This document shows positions 36,846 to 49,999 of a DNA stretch of 64,000 nt, piece by piece. Each line of letters opens with the position of its first letter. Position 1 is the first letter of the stretch. The DNA comes from Octopus sinensis (taxonomy: Eukaryota). Location of the stretch: assembly GCF_006345805.1 (NCBI RefSeq), contig NC_043024.1, positions 18,786,001 to 18,850,000 on the forward strand, given 5' to 3'. A program made the position numbers and the translations under genes. Under the pieces are notes generated by a model. That model made no database searches. It was given only the letters and a program-made list of their open reading frames with translations, and had not been told where the DNA came from.

Positions 36846-38065
36846 ATCGTCGTTTAACGTCCGTCTCCATGCTAGCATGGGTTGGACGGTTCGACCGGGG
36901 TTCTGGGAAGCCAGAAGGCTTCACCAGGCTCCAGTCTAATCTGGCAATGTTTCTACAGCTGGATGCCCTTCCTAACGCCAACCACTCCGTGAGTGTAGTG
37001 GGTGCTTTTTACGTGCCACCTGCACAGGTGCCTGGTGGGGCTGGCAACGGCCACGGTCAGATTGGTGTATTTTATGTGCCACCAGCACGGAAGCCAGTCG
37101 AGGTGGTGCTGGCATCGGCCACGAGTCGGATAGTGCTTTTTACGTACCACCAGACCAGGGATCCTGGCTGGTTCAATTCGATTTCGATTTCGCTTGCCCC
37201 AACAGGTCCTCACAAGCAAAGGGGGTGTTGGCATGGGTGCCTGTCGTACGGTCGCATTGGAGTATTTACGTGCCACGGCCACGAGTGGATAGTGCTTTTT
37301 ACGTACCACCAGGCCAGGGATCCTGGCTGGTTCAATTCGGTTTCGATTTCGATTTCGCTTGCCCCAACATGTCTTCGCAAGCATGGGGGTTGGCATGGGT
37401 GTCTGTCGTCGGATGAGGTTCTATATCGACTTCGCTTGCCTCAACCGGTCTTTGGTCCAAGGGAGGAAAGGCATTCATAAGTGGGCTGGGCTCACTTGTC
37501 CTGCCTGGTCTTCTCACGTACAGAATATTTCAGAAGGTCTCGGTCTCTGGTCATTTCCTCAGTGAGGCCTAAAGTTCGAAGGTCGTGCTTCACCACCTCG
37601 TCCCAGGTTTTCCTGGGTCTACCTCTTCCACGGGTTCCCTCAACTGCCAGGGATTGGCACTTTCTCACACACCTATCTTCATCCATTCTCGCCACATGAC
37701 CATACCAGCGCAATCGTCTCTCTTGCACACCACAACTGATGCTTCTTAGGTACAACATTTCTCTCAAGGTGCTAACGCTCTGTCGAGTATGTACACTGAC
37801 ATACAACATCCATCGGAGCATACTGGCTTCATTCCTCACGAGCTTACGCATGTCCTCAGCAGTCACGGCCCATGTTTCGCTGCCATGTAGCATGGCTGTT
37901 CATACACAGCATCATACAGTCTGCCTTTTACTCTGAGCGAGAGGCCTTTAGTCACCAGCAGAGGTAAGAGCTCCCTAAACTTTGCCCAGGCTATTCTTAT
38001 TCTAGCAGTTACACTTTCAGCGCACCCACCCCCACTACTGACTTGGTCACCTAGATAATGGAAGC
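36845..38065 (-). mobile_element. 5'-truncated RTE-clade LINE (RT C-terminus plus 3'UTR)
   Basis: [28 protein letters not shown]..., then MLHGSETWAVTAEDMRKL...RLRWYGHVARMDEDRCV...GRGRPRKTWDEVV; its 3'UTR is the family B sequence; both ends lie in (AT)n. Confidence 0.92.
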
Positions 38066-38091
38066 TATATATATATATATATTTTTTTTAT

Positions 38092-38168
<77 letters not shown>

Positions 38169-38233
38169 ATATATATAAACACATAAATGTGAAACAAGTG
38201 GAAAAAAGAGTACTCAAATATGGTAGAGTATGC

Positions 38234-38368
38234 TTATTTTAAGCAGCGAAATTCAACAAAATTGTACTCTGAGTTTCTCGTTGCATCATATTTTTGCTAT
38301 AAAACTGTCTGATAACGGCCAACGAGAAACTCAGAGAATTTTGTTTGATTTTCTGCTGCTTAAAATAA
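38234..38368. repeat. Inverted repeat containing the 3' half of a hammerhead (GAAA-CUCAGAG-UA)
   Basis: TTATTTTAAGCAGC..ACTCTGAGTTTCTCGTTG / CAACGAGAAACTCAGAG..GCTGCTTAAAATAA. Confidence 0.75.
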
Positions 38369-38389
38369 AGTATATATATATATATTATT

Positions 38390-38420
<31 letters not shown>

Positions 38421-38484
38421 ATATATTATATATTTATTATATATATATATATATATATTATTTATATATATATATATATATATA

Positions 38485-38515
<31 letters not shown>

Positions 38516-38522
38516 TTATATC

Positions 38523-38556
<34 letters not shown>

Positions 38557-40095
38557 TTTATTTATATATATATATATATTTATTTATATATAGATATATA
38601 TATTTATTTATATATATATATATCTATACATATATATATATATATATATAATATATAATATATAATATTATATATATGATGATGATGATGATATATATAT
38701 ATATACATATGAGAAATAAATTGAAAGTTATAATGAATAAACGTTCTAATTGGTCAAAGCAACTTTAAGATTCCCATATTATCATAAATTAGATATAAAT
38801 ATATGTTAAAACATCAGGGCACCCAATGGTAAAACCCAATAGCATAAAATATATATATATATACATGAATAAAAGGCGTTAAAACCTCAAAGGGTCATAC
38901 AAGTGAAGTCGAATGAAGAAAAACATATGAATTAATGTATAATAAAAGTGACTAAAAATTTAAGGCAATGAAACCAAAATAAAATAAATATAAATAAAAA
39001 TAAAAAGGGAAATAAAGGGCCAAGTGATAACCAGAAAAGGGTCTGTTCAAATGCATTTATTGTTTCAAAGGATATGCATAGAGCCATTATATGGCTAAAC
39101 AGTTATAACATTCACTTTATAAATGCTGGGTCCAAGGTTCAGTTCCAGTTGATGCAATCTAGGGCAAATTCAATTTTTCATAGCTTTGAGTCAACCCATA
39201 TCTTATGAATGAAAGTGGATAGAAAAAAAAACTATTGAAGCATTCAGGTGGATTGCACCAGTAATTCGATAGGTACAGCCCGGTCACACACATGCACACA
39301 CACACACACGCCCACAAACACATACACTCATACACACTAATGTCCCCCCAGCATTGCTTGACAACCGATGCTGGTGTATTTATGTACCAGTAACTTAGCA
39401 GTTCGGTGAAAGAGATCGATAGAATAAGTACTAGGCTTACAGGGGTCAATTTGCTCGACTATAAAGGCGGTGCTCAGTCAAATGACTGAGACAAATAAAA
39501 AAGTACAATATCCACATACCTATTTGCGACACAGGTCGCGTTTCCACTACAACTTAAAATTGTAAGAAATTGTTCGGTGAAATTGCCATTTGAATGGAAA
39601 TTTTGTTTTCACAATAAAACACATATTGCTAGGTTTGTACCACCCTCTTGAGATCCAACTACACTCTAGCTGAAAAAAATAGAATACCTCATAGGTAATA
39701 TAAATATTCTAAATTCAGTGGTAGTGTTAATGAAGATATGTGCCAATTTTAAACTTATCTTTATTAATGTATATTGAATTATACATAGATATATACAAAA
39801 TTTACGCCGATATGAGTTAGAACTTGTGATCTGCCTGTGGACCTTTTGCTTTGAAAATTTTTGCCTGCTGCACTAAAAAGTTTCCCCACCCCTGATTTAA
39901 GGGACACAATACAGGTCTTAAAGTGCTACTAATAGTTTCATATGTTGAGAAATATCTCAAACATATTCTTCAAGCACAAACCTCGTATAATGAACTAAAA
40001 AAACTGAATAACAGAAGAAATGTAAAAAAAACTTGGAAAGCAGCAAAGAGAAAATGCAGAAAATAAAAAATGGAAAATAAAGAAAGGTGAATTGG

Positions 40096-40099
<4 letters not shown>

Positions 40100-40129
<30 letters not shown>

Positions 40130-40450
40130 TTAGCGTCTACTTTCCATGCTAGCATGGGTTGGACGGTTCAACTGGGGTCTGGGAAGCCAGAAGGCTGCAC
40201 CAGGCCCAGTCAGATCTGGCAGAGTTTCTACAGCTGGATGCCCTTCCTAACGCCAACCACTCCGTGAGTGTAGTGGGTGCTTTTTACGTGCCACCGGCAC
40301 AGGTGCCAGACGAGGCTGGCGAACGGCCATGCTCGGATGGTGTTTCTTGGTGCCACCGGCACAGGTGCCAGACGAGGCTGGCGAACGGCCACGCTCGGAT
40401 GGTGTTTTTTTGTGCCACTGACACAGGTGCCAGACGAGGCTGGCGAAATG
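40100..40450 (-). mobile_element. RTE 3'UTR copy (family B) with three GGCACAGGTGCCAGACGAGGCTGGCG units
   Basis: Family B motifs and (CAT)n tail. Confidence 0.85.
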
Positions 40451-40514
40451 GAAACACTAAAAGCTCAAATTTAAAATATATAAAGATAAAAGAGTTATCC
40501 CCCTTAGACATTAG

Positions 40515-40737
40515 TCCTTTAGCATTTAAACTGGCCATATCTGTCTCAAATATTCCATGTGCTTTATGTTTAAACCAGCCAGATCCAGCTTCTCATGCCT
40601 ACCCTACAAGGTCATTCTAAAGATATACAGTCGCATCATTGAAACCTTGAAGCCACAAGATAATACATGATTAATTCAAAATAATGCTGAATAAATAAGG
40701 GTTACATTTGACAGAATAATCTGAATGCTAAAGGGTT
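40515..40737. mobile_element. piggyBac-like MITE (second family)
   Basis: Ends TCCTTTAGCATT ... AATGCTAAAGGG-TTAA; left TTAA is degenerate. Confidence 0.6.
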
Positions 40738-41124
40738 AAATTATAGGGTTTGGAAAGATATCAAGTTAATCAGGAATAGGTGGAATTTTCCAATTCTTCA
40801 AAAGATATTTATACATATGCTTGCAACTACTGAAAATTTCTGATCTAGAGTTCAGTAGAGAGTAAGGGATCTTAGATCTGGACAGGACCTGTGCTCTTTC
40901 AGCTAAGGCAGCGAGCTGGCAGAAACGCTAGCACTTCGGGTGAAATGTTTAGCAGTATTTCGTCTGTCTTTATGTTCTGAGTTCAAATTCTGCTAAGGTC
41001 AACTTTGCCTTTCATCCTTTCGGGGTTGATTAAATAAGTATGTCACACACATTTAATCACTGTGAATGAATCATTTGTGCAGAAGTTGAATGCTCATACA
41101 TCATCTTCAATGGGAGAGTCCATC

Positions 41125-41155
<31 letters not shown>

Positions 41156-41278
41156 ATATGTATATATATATATAATACTTAATCATATCAAAGGGAAATT
41201 GAAATTAATAGAAATTTTCATTTCCAGTGGCCTAACGTGTAAAAATTTGGTCCAAAAGACTATGAATTAGTCATAATG

Positions 41279-41507
41279 TATAGTATACATTTAAACACAT
41301 GAGGAATCCACTCGTGGGATTCAACATGCTAGAAAGAACAGCTAGGTTCTATAACCACAAAATTAGGGATAGAATTCGACAGGAACGAAATGAAAAAATA
41401 AATATTTTACCTGTCGAATTTTATCCCTAATTTTGTGGTTATAGAACCTAGCTGTTCTTTCTAGCATGTTGAATGCCACAAGTGGATTCCTCATGTGTTT
41501 AAATCTA

Positions 41508-41514
<7 letters not shown>
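41279..41514. repeat. Fold-back palindrome, ~105-bp arms, 26-nt loop
   Basis: 41279-41383 versus 41410-41514, about 5 mismatches; CTAGAAAGAACAGC motif resembles CTAGAAAGAGCAGC in the 5.7-kb element. Confidence 0.9.
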
Positions 41515-41555
<41 letters not shown>

Positions 41556-41563
41556 ATATATAA

Positions 41564-41606
<43 letters not shown>

Positions 41607-41684
41607 GTATATATATATGATATATATATATATATATATATATATCTATATATATATATATATATATATATCATATATATATAT

Positions 41685-41758
<74 letters not shown>

Positions 41759-41825
41759 ATATAATATGTATATATTATATATATATATAATATTGATTAA
41801 ACCTCGCTAAGTTAAATATTTAAAC

Positions 41826-41889
41826 CACCTGATGAATGACTGTAACTCGAAAATTTAAAGAAATTAACAGCCATGAAACGATCGTAGTG
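41826..41889 (+). ncRNA. Type I hammerhead ribozyme, canonical core
   Basis: CAC / CUGAUGA (41829-35) / AUGACUGU..ACAGCCAU (7 of 8 bp) / GAAA / CGAUCG (palindrome ACGAUCGU) / UA / GUG; stem I only 3-4 bp. Confidence 0.75.
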
Positions 41890-42112
41890 TGATATTAATT
41901 ATATTTTTATTAATTTTGTTATATATTTAAATAATATAAATTAATTAATCTTATGCATTGGCTTAAGTTTTTCATTGTATGATTTGCCTAATAGTGGTTT
42001 TGTCTCTAATTTAATATAATATAATATTTTACTATAAAATTGGATTCAATCCTAAATCTGATTTTTCCCTGTAAGTTTGGATTTATTCCCTAATATTTAT
42101 TATTATATATAT

Positions 42113-42200
<88 letters not shown>

Positions 42201-42427
42201 CCCTTTGGACATATGTAATGCAAAAAGAAATCAAAACTGGACAATAACAACCAATAGTTACTAATCCCTAGATTAGAGAGTAGAATTACAATATATAAGT
42301 TAGAAAAGTTATCATGTATTGGGAAGTCAGAATTTGCAAATGGAAACACGGCATACACGCTTAGTAATTTATCAAAGTTGATGCTGTGCTGAAGGAAATT
42401 TGTTGTTGTTGCTGTTATTGATAGTTG

Positions 42428-42459
<32 letters not shown>

Positions 42460-42614
42460 TTCCTCTTAAAACGTAAACTTGCAGACGGAAGTAGACACAT
42501 GTCGGAAAATAATGGAAAGATATACGATACAGACATATCTGAGAAACTCTTATCGCAATCATCTAGTTAGATGTCAGGTACTGATATAGCAGTGACACAT
42601 ATGCACACATACAC

Positions 42615-42647
<33 letters not shown>

Positions 42648-43630
42648 TATATATATACATATATATATGTGTGTATATATATACATTTATATGTGTGTGT
42701 GTATATATATATATACTGAAATCTGTTGAATTTACATCTCTCTCTCTGTATGTATATATATGTCTGTGCATGTGTGTGTGTGTCCATGTATGTAAGTATA
42801 TATGTCAGTGTGTATATACATATATATACATATGCCTATATATTCTTTTATTCTTTTATTTGTTTCAGTCCTATTTGACTGTGGCCATGCTGGAGCACCC
42901 ACTTTAGTCAAACAAATCAATCTCATGATTTATTCTTTGTAAGCTTAGGACTTATTCTAATGGTCTCTTTTGCCGAACTGCTAAGTTATATCTCTTCTCT
43001 GTCTATCTCTCTTCCTCTCTTGTTCTTCATCTTTTCTGGTTTTCTCTCCCACCCTTCTCTATTCCTCTCCCCTTCACCGTTCCCTCTCTCTCACTCCTCC
43101 TCTTTGACTCTCTCGTCGCTGACACATGACGAGAGGGAATCCATCTTTCCAACTGCTACCTTCGCAAAGACTAAACGGGCTTATCCTGTCTCTTCATAAG
43201 CCGTCTCCTTAAGCGTTCAGAATCCTTTTCCCATCGTCTTGACTTAACAGCCCTCATCGTTTGTTTTTACTGTTCCGTTCTCACTTTCCTGTTCTTGTTA
43301 CCACTTTCACCCTTTGCAAAAAATCCCAAATTTTATTTAATTTGCTTTGCGGGAAGGACTGTTTCAACGAAGTCGCGTCTCGTCCTTACCTTCTAAACGC
43401 AGAGTAGATGAAACAGGGACGACGGAAGAAGGAGAATATTCTTTATGTTGTATGTCTCGTTTCCTTGTTTTTTTCGTTGTTTGAAAAAAAGTTTGTTTCT
43501 ATGTTTTCGTTTCGCATTATGTATATACTTGTATATATACATATATATGCAGGTATGTACATATTTGTATGTATATATGCATATATTTATATATCATTTA
43601 TATTATATATATGTATATATATATATACAC

Positions 43631-43723
<93 letters not shown>

Positions 43724-43729
43724 TACATA

Positions 43730-44483
43730 CAGTCTTGGCCAAAAGTATTAGGCCATCCCAATGTTTTGCAGTTTTGCTATGCATCCAACATAAAGCTAAT
43801 ATTATTTTTCCTGTTTTTAGTCAGGTTTTTGGTACATCTCGTGCAACTTTCATGCGTCACAGCCTTGGGGAAGCATTTAAGACTGAATGTCTGGTACCAA
43901 CCATAAAACAAGGGGATGGTTCTAACATAGTGTGGGCCTGCATGTCTGTCACAGGACCCAGTGAAATGTTTTTATGTCAGGGAAGGATAAATTCAGTTAC
44001 CTTTGCTTCTACATTATCGGATGTTTTAGAGCCATCAATTGCTAAATTGCATCCAGGAGTGTCGAAAAACAGTGTTATCTTTCAACAGGACAACATCCAT
44101 GTCATACAGCAAAGAATACTCATCAATGGTTTGAGACACGGTATTGTTCCCATGGACTGTCCAGCTCAAGGTCCAGATCTAAATCCGATCGAACACCTAT
44201 GAGGAACTCTTGGTGAAGCTATCAGGAACACAACAATTGAAAATAAAAGGCATTTGTACCAAACGTTAAGAGAAGAAGGGAGTAAAATTGCACCTAGCAC
44301 CTGCAAGAAACTAGTTGATTCAATGCCTAACTGTATAAAAGCGGTAATTGATGCTAAAGGAGGGTCAAACAGATTTTAAGGCTAATGTATATTGTGAAAT
44401 ATACCATGTGCACGAGTTTCATTAAAATTGAGATAGCAGAACCCCAAAACATTGGGGTGACCTAATACTTTTGGCCAAGGCTT
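43730..44483 (+). mobile_element. Internally deleted Tc1-like transposon
   Basis: TA TSDs; ~50-bp TIRs CAGTCTTGGCCAAAAGTATTAGG / CCTAATACTTTTGGCCAAGGCTT; [17 protein letters not shown]...IFQQDN...[14 protein letters not shown]. Confidence 0.92.
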
Positions 44484-44688
44484 TATATGTGAAATGTGTA
44501 AATTTTATATTTTTAATTTCACGTATGCAATTTGTTTGTTTTTGATTTTGTCAACTACACAGTATAGTAGGGTCCATTGGGCACTGCTGAGAGAAAAACA
44601 GCACCATAATGCAATTCACTCTGCCAGATATTTGGAAACAATCTGCTGTACTGCTTGGCCATCATACCTGAAGCTCCAATACGAATAG

Positions 44689-45095
44689 ATGGTGAACACA
44701 CACAACAACTTTTGGCTTGCCATGTTCCCAAAACATGTACTGAGAGTGACAAAAATTAAACATCCACTCAACATGATGGTGTTTGGAGTGATCACTAGTG
44801 ATGGCAACGTTATGCCTCCATTCATCTTCCTACACGACCTCATACTCAACATGGAGGCCTACATCAAGTGCTTGGAGGTGGTAGTGCTTCCTTGGGTCAA
44901 GAGGGAAGACAATGGAAGACAATGTGTCTGGCAACAGGACTCTGTACCATGCAACACAAGCAGGAGAACCTAGTCATGGTCGTCAGTCAATTTCTGCGAC
45001 CACATCACTCCTAGCATCTGGCCACCTAACTGCCCAGACTGCAACTCCCTTGATTATCATATATGGAGCACAGTTGAGCAAGAGACCAACAAAGT
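44689..45095 (+). pseudogene. maT/DD37D-like transposase fragment
   Basis: KHPLNMMVFGVITSDGNVMPPFIF...YIKCLEVVVLPWV...VWQQDSVPCNTSRRT*SW...WPPNCPDCNSLDYHIW. Confidence 0.8.
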
Positions 45096-45179
45096 TCCTT
45101 TACACACACTTATATATACATATAATCAATTTACACACACACAAACAAAATAAAAACATACATAAATATTATATATATC

Positions 45180-45500
45180 GTTACCTGCGTCGCCTTACTG
45201 GCACTTGTGCTGGTAGCATGTGAAAAGTCATTCGAGTGAGGTCGTTGGCAGTGCTGCTGGACTGGCTCCTGTGCAGGTGGCACACAAAAAGCACCATTTG
45301 AGCATGGCTGTTGCCAGTGCCGCCTGACTGGCCCTCATGCTGGTGGCATGTAAAAAGCACCCACTACACTCTCGGAGTGGTTGGCGTTAGGAAGGGCATC
45401 CAGCTGTAGAAACTCTGTCAGATCAAGATTGGAGTCTGGTGCAGCCATCTGGTTTGCCAGACCTCAGTCAAATCGTCCAACCCATGATGATGATGATGAT
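45180..45500 (+). mobile_element. RTE 3'UTR copy (family B)
   Basis: Family B motifs; (GAT)n tail. Confidence 0.8.
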
Positions 45501-45819
45501 ACAGAGAGATTATAATTTAAATGCAGAAATATAGGTGCATGTGAGTTTGTGTGTATAAGTATGTATGTACATGCATATATGAGATATAGACTGTTATCAT
45601 ACAATTAAACCTGGGTATATCACCATTAATATAATATAGTTTAGTTTCTAAAGGCTATTTCCATCACAGGTGAATTGATAATATGTGGGTGCCAGGATAA
45701 ACCTTGGTAAACTTATTCATCACATGATACTTGCACATGTTTTGATTGATTCATAACATGGTTGCTTTGTCTGACTGCATCTCCATGAAATTCTTGACAT
45801 AGCTTTCTTTTCTTCTTGT

Positions 45820-46250
45820 GACTGCATCTCGAGATTAGTTCAGTTCTTCTTTTTGTTGGGTGGTTTCTAATTTTGCCTTAACATCGTATATTAATCTGTG
45901 AAAGAAACATTCACATCTTTAAGCCTCTACAAAATAATATTTTCCTGGGCTCAATGAGGGATAAATTTACTTAGTTATTTGCTTTCTCTCTTCTTTTTAT
46001 AACCAAATATGTTATAACAATATCAAATCCTCATTGTCTTTTTTCTTCACACACGTTTCAGGAAAAGCTGTTATTCTACATACAATGGCTTTTAAATATA
46101 TTATCAACGAGTCCTTATATGTCCTTTCATACTTGCTTTTATTTGGATGCCATTAATGATTCTCATTCTCTCTCTCTCTCAACTTCTTTCTGTTGAATGG
46201 CCAGCACTGAGATTTTTTATCAAGACAATTCTTGAGTTTCTAAATCCTGA
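45820..46250 (-). pseudogene. Highly decayed PLE GIY-YIG C-terminus (tentative)
   Basis: KAKLETT..(frameshift)..RTELISRCSHKKK resembles the PLE terminal motif LNKRSELISKCRH. Confidence 0.4.
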
Positions 46251-46489
46251 ATAACACTGTTTACTTTTGTTCTTATTTATGCTTCACAAACTTCATAAGC
46301 AACTAAAAACTGATATTATATTATTTCTATTATATATTTTGTGGCACCTAATGCAGGAAATTGGCTTAAAAATTGTTTTTGTGTTCCACAGTTGTTAAAA
46401 TTCTAAGTGCAATGTTATTATTATTATTATGGCATTTTTATAAAGTGGTAAGCTGGCAGAATTGTTAGCATGCTGGGCAAACTACTTTC

Positions 46490-46903
46490 TCTCTTTTTCT
46501 CTCTCTTACTTGTTTCAGTCATTTGACTGCGGCCATGCTGGAGCACCGCCTTTAGTCGAGCAAATCGACCCTGGGACTTATTCTTTGTAAGCCCAGTACT
46601 TATTCCATCGGTCTCTTTTGCCGAACTGCTAAGTGACAGGGGCGTAAACACACCAGCATTGGTTGTCAAGCAATGCTAGGGGGACAAACACAGACACACA
46701 AACAGATACACACACATACATATATATATATACATATATACGACAGGCTTCTTTCAGTTTCCGTCTACCAAATCCACTCACAAGGCATTGGTTGGCCTGG
46801 GGCTATAGTAGATGACACTTGCCCAAGATGCCACGCAGTGGGACTGAACCCGGAACCATGTGGTTGGTAAGCAAGCTACTTACCACACAGCCACTCCTGC
46901 GCC
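46490..46903 (-). mobile_element. Family A SINE (full length)
   Basis: Head and tail motifs present. Confidence 0.9.
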
Positions 46904-47447
46904 TTTGTGGCATTTCATCTGTCCTTAAGTTCTGAGTTCAAATGCAGCTGACGTTGACTTTGCCTTTCACTCTCTTGGGGTCATTAAAATAAGTACCAGT
47001 TGAGCACTGGGGGTCAATGTAATCGACTTACCACCTCTCCTGAAATTGCTGGCTTTGTACCAAGGCAAGAAAGGATTATAAAAGGTATAGTTATACATTT
47101 TTATATCTATATTTTCTATGCATGTGTAACTATCATTTACATTATTGCTATCAAATTGCTTATAACAATCTAGAAATACAGATACTGAGATCAGCTCATA
47201 ATTATATATACATAGCTTTTTATGATCATGACTGTATTAGTAATCAATAAATTTCAATACTTCAAAGTATAAAGTATGATAACATTATATGTCAAAGTAG
47301 ATGGAACTCTGTAAGTGAAAGGAATTTAACCCATATTGACTAAGAAACACTTCTGATATCTTAAGCACATATATTCCAAATGTATTATCGTACGAGTCTA
47401 TATTTGTTACGTTCATAGGTACAATATTGTTATGGTATTATACTTTA

Positions 47448-47770
47448 ATGTGGAGGCACAATGGCCCAGTGGTTAGGGCAGCGGATGCACGGTCGGAGGA
47501 TCGCAGTTTCGATTCCCAGACTAGGTGTTGTGCATGTTTATTGAGCGAAAACACCTGAAAGCACCACAAGGCTCCAGCAGGGGGTGGTGGCGACCCCTGT
47601 TGTACTCTTTTGCCACAACTTTCTCTCACTCTTTCTTCCTGTTTCTTGAGTAACGCTGCAATGGACTGGCATCCTGTCCTGCTGGGGGAAACACATACAC
47701 CACAGAAACCGGGAAATCGGGCCCATGAGCCTGGGTAGGCTTGAAAAGGATGAAAAGAAGAAGAAAATTA
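47448..47770 (+). mobile_element. Family D SINE with V-domain-like 3' module
   Basis: Same head as 3746; then ATGGACTGGCATCCTGTCC, similar to the V-SINE core GATGGACTGGCGTCCTGTCCAGG. Confidence 0.7.
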
Positions 47771-48097
47771 TACTTTAATACGAGCTGTATATTTTTATGA
47801 TTCATATATTTTGTCCAACCTATGCCAGCTACCCAACTCATGCAAGCAGTCCAACCCATGACACCATTGAATATGGACATTGTATGAAGATGATAATATT
47901 TTATAAGCAGCTATAATTACCTTTTAAATTGTTTCTATTAAACTGTTTATGATTCTTAATACTGGAATCCGGTCACAACTATAAATACACAGCTTCTTAG
48001 GGTTGCAGCAATATCAATAATCGGTACATTTCACTGATCAGAACTATAAAGAAGTATAACATTATAAGTCAAAAAAGACCATGCCATCTTAGTATAT

Positions 48098-48695
48098 ATT
48101 TCTTTATTGTCCACAGGGGGCTAAACCTAGAGGGGGCAAACACGGACACACAAAGGGATTAAGTCGATTACATCGACCCCAGTGCGTAACTGATACTTTT
48201 TTTATCGACCCCCGAAAGTATGAAAGGCAAAGTCGACCTCGGCGGAATTTGAACTTAGAACGTAACAGCAGATGAAATACCTATTTCTTTACTACCCACA
48301 AGGGGCTAAACACAGAGAGAACAAACAAGGACAGACAAACGGATTAAGTCGATTACATCGACCCCAGTGCGTAACTGGTATTTAATTTATCGACCCCAAA
48401 AGGATGAAAGGCAAAGTCGACCTCGGCAGAATTTGGACTCACAACGTAACGGCAGACAAAATACCTATTTCTTTACTACCTACAAGGGGCTAAACACAGA
48501 GGGAACAAACAAGCACAGACAAATGGATTAAGTCATTTACATCGACCCCAGTGCGTAACTGGTACTTTATTTATCGACCCCAAAAGGCTGAAAGGCAAAA
48601 ACGACCTCGGCGGAATTTGAACTCAAAACGTAACGGCCAACGAAATAACGCTAAGCATTTCGCCTGGCGTGCTAACATTTCTGCCAGCTCGCTGC
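48098..48695 (-). mobile_element. Family C (Nin/Deu) SINE: head plus three tandem bodies
   Basis: Same architecture as 16048-16640. Confidence 0.8.
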
Positions 48696-49333
48696 CTTTG
48701 TATAACCATCTTAGTATAACTAGAAGAAATTTAACCTCCAGTGATTAACAGATATTTCTGATATAATAAGTTTACATATTCCAAATATATTGCTATTGTA
48801 TTCCATAGTTGTAAAGTTCCTAAGTACAATAATTTTATGATGCTATATTTTTTTATATGACTCTTCTATTCTATAAGCAGCTATAACTGTCTCTTACATT
48901 ATTTCTGCTAAATTGTTTATGCCACTTAATGTAGGGAAATTGGCTTAAAATTGCTATTTTATTCCATATTTGTTAAGATTCTATGTACAATGTTATTATG
49001 GCATGCTTATATTTAAATATGATTCTTTGTTCAACCCAAACCAGAAGTCCAGTTCATAGCAGCATGGGACATAGACATTAAATGAGGATTATGATGTTGT
49101 GTGAGCAACTGTAATTGCTCTTTAAATTATTTCTATTAAATTATTTATTGTACTCAATACAGAAATCCAATACTGAAATGAGCTCACAAATACACACACA
49201 TACACACATGAACATATGAATATATATATATATAATATATATATATATATATGATAATAATAATAATAATATGAGGGAATATTATTCAAACTTACAGGGA
49301 AAAATTCAATTTAGAAATACTAAATCAAATTTC

Positions 49334-49394
<61 letters not shown>

Positions 49395-49478
49395 TAGAAA
49401 AAAACACGTTTTATCAATTCAATAATGAAAAATTAAATACCATTTAGAAAAATTACATATTATAGAAAGATAAATATA

Positions 49479-49512
<34 letters not shown>

Positions 49513-49959
49513 AGACATATATAAGATATATATATATATATAAAGACACCCAGCGAACATCCACCATGGGTCATCACATTTGCTTAAGGTAAAAATGAAT
49601 TCCTCGCTCTTTCGGAAACATCAATCTTCTGTATTGACCGCTTTCCACCACTTTGATCTGTTTTTTGTATTGAATACGTATCGCCACCGTGGGCCACTGC
49701 ATCGAACACTTTGAACATATATTTCAAACTATATATCAACTATACATGAACTATATATCAACTATACATGAACTCTAAGATGTCTGACTCCGTTGTGTAT
49801 TATAAATGAATTTCTTGTGTTTGACGGCATGAGCTGTCTCTTTTTATATATAACTTTTTTTGATAAGGTTCATTTCAGGAACTGAAACATGTTATAATGT
49901 ATATATAAAAATTAAAAATTGTATAATACAGCAGCATTTTCGAACTTCATTTTTTACAA

Positions 49960-49992
<33 letters not shown>

Positions 49993-49999
49993 ATATATA

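Noticed and set aside
43408-44202. 264-aa ORF as a host gene
   Set aside because: A fusion of unique sequence, (AT)n and a deleted Tc1 transposase.
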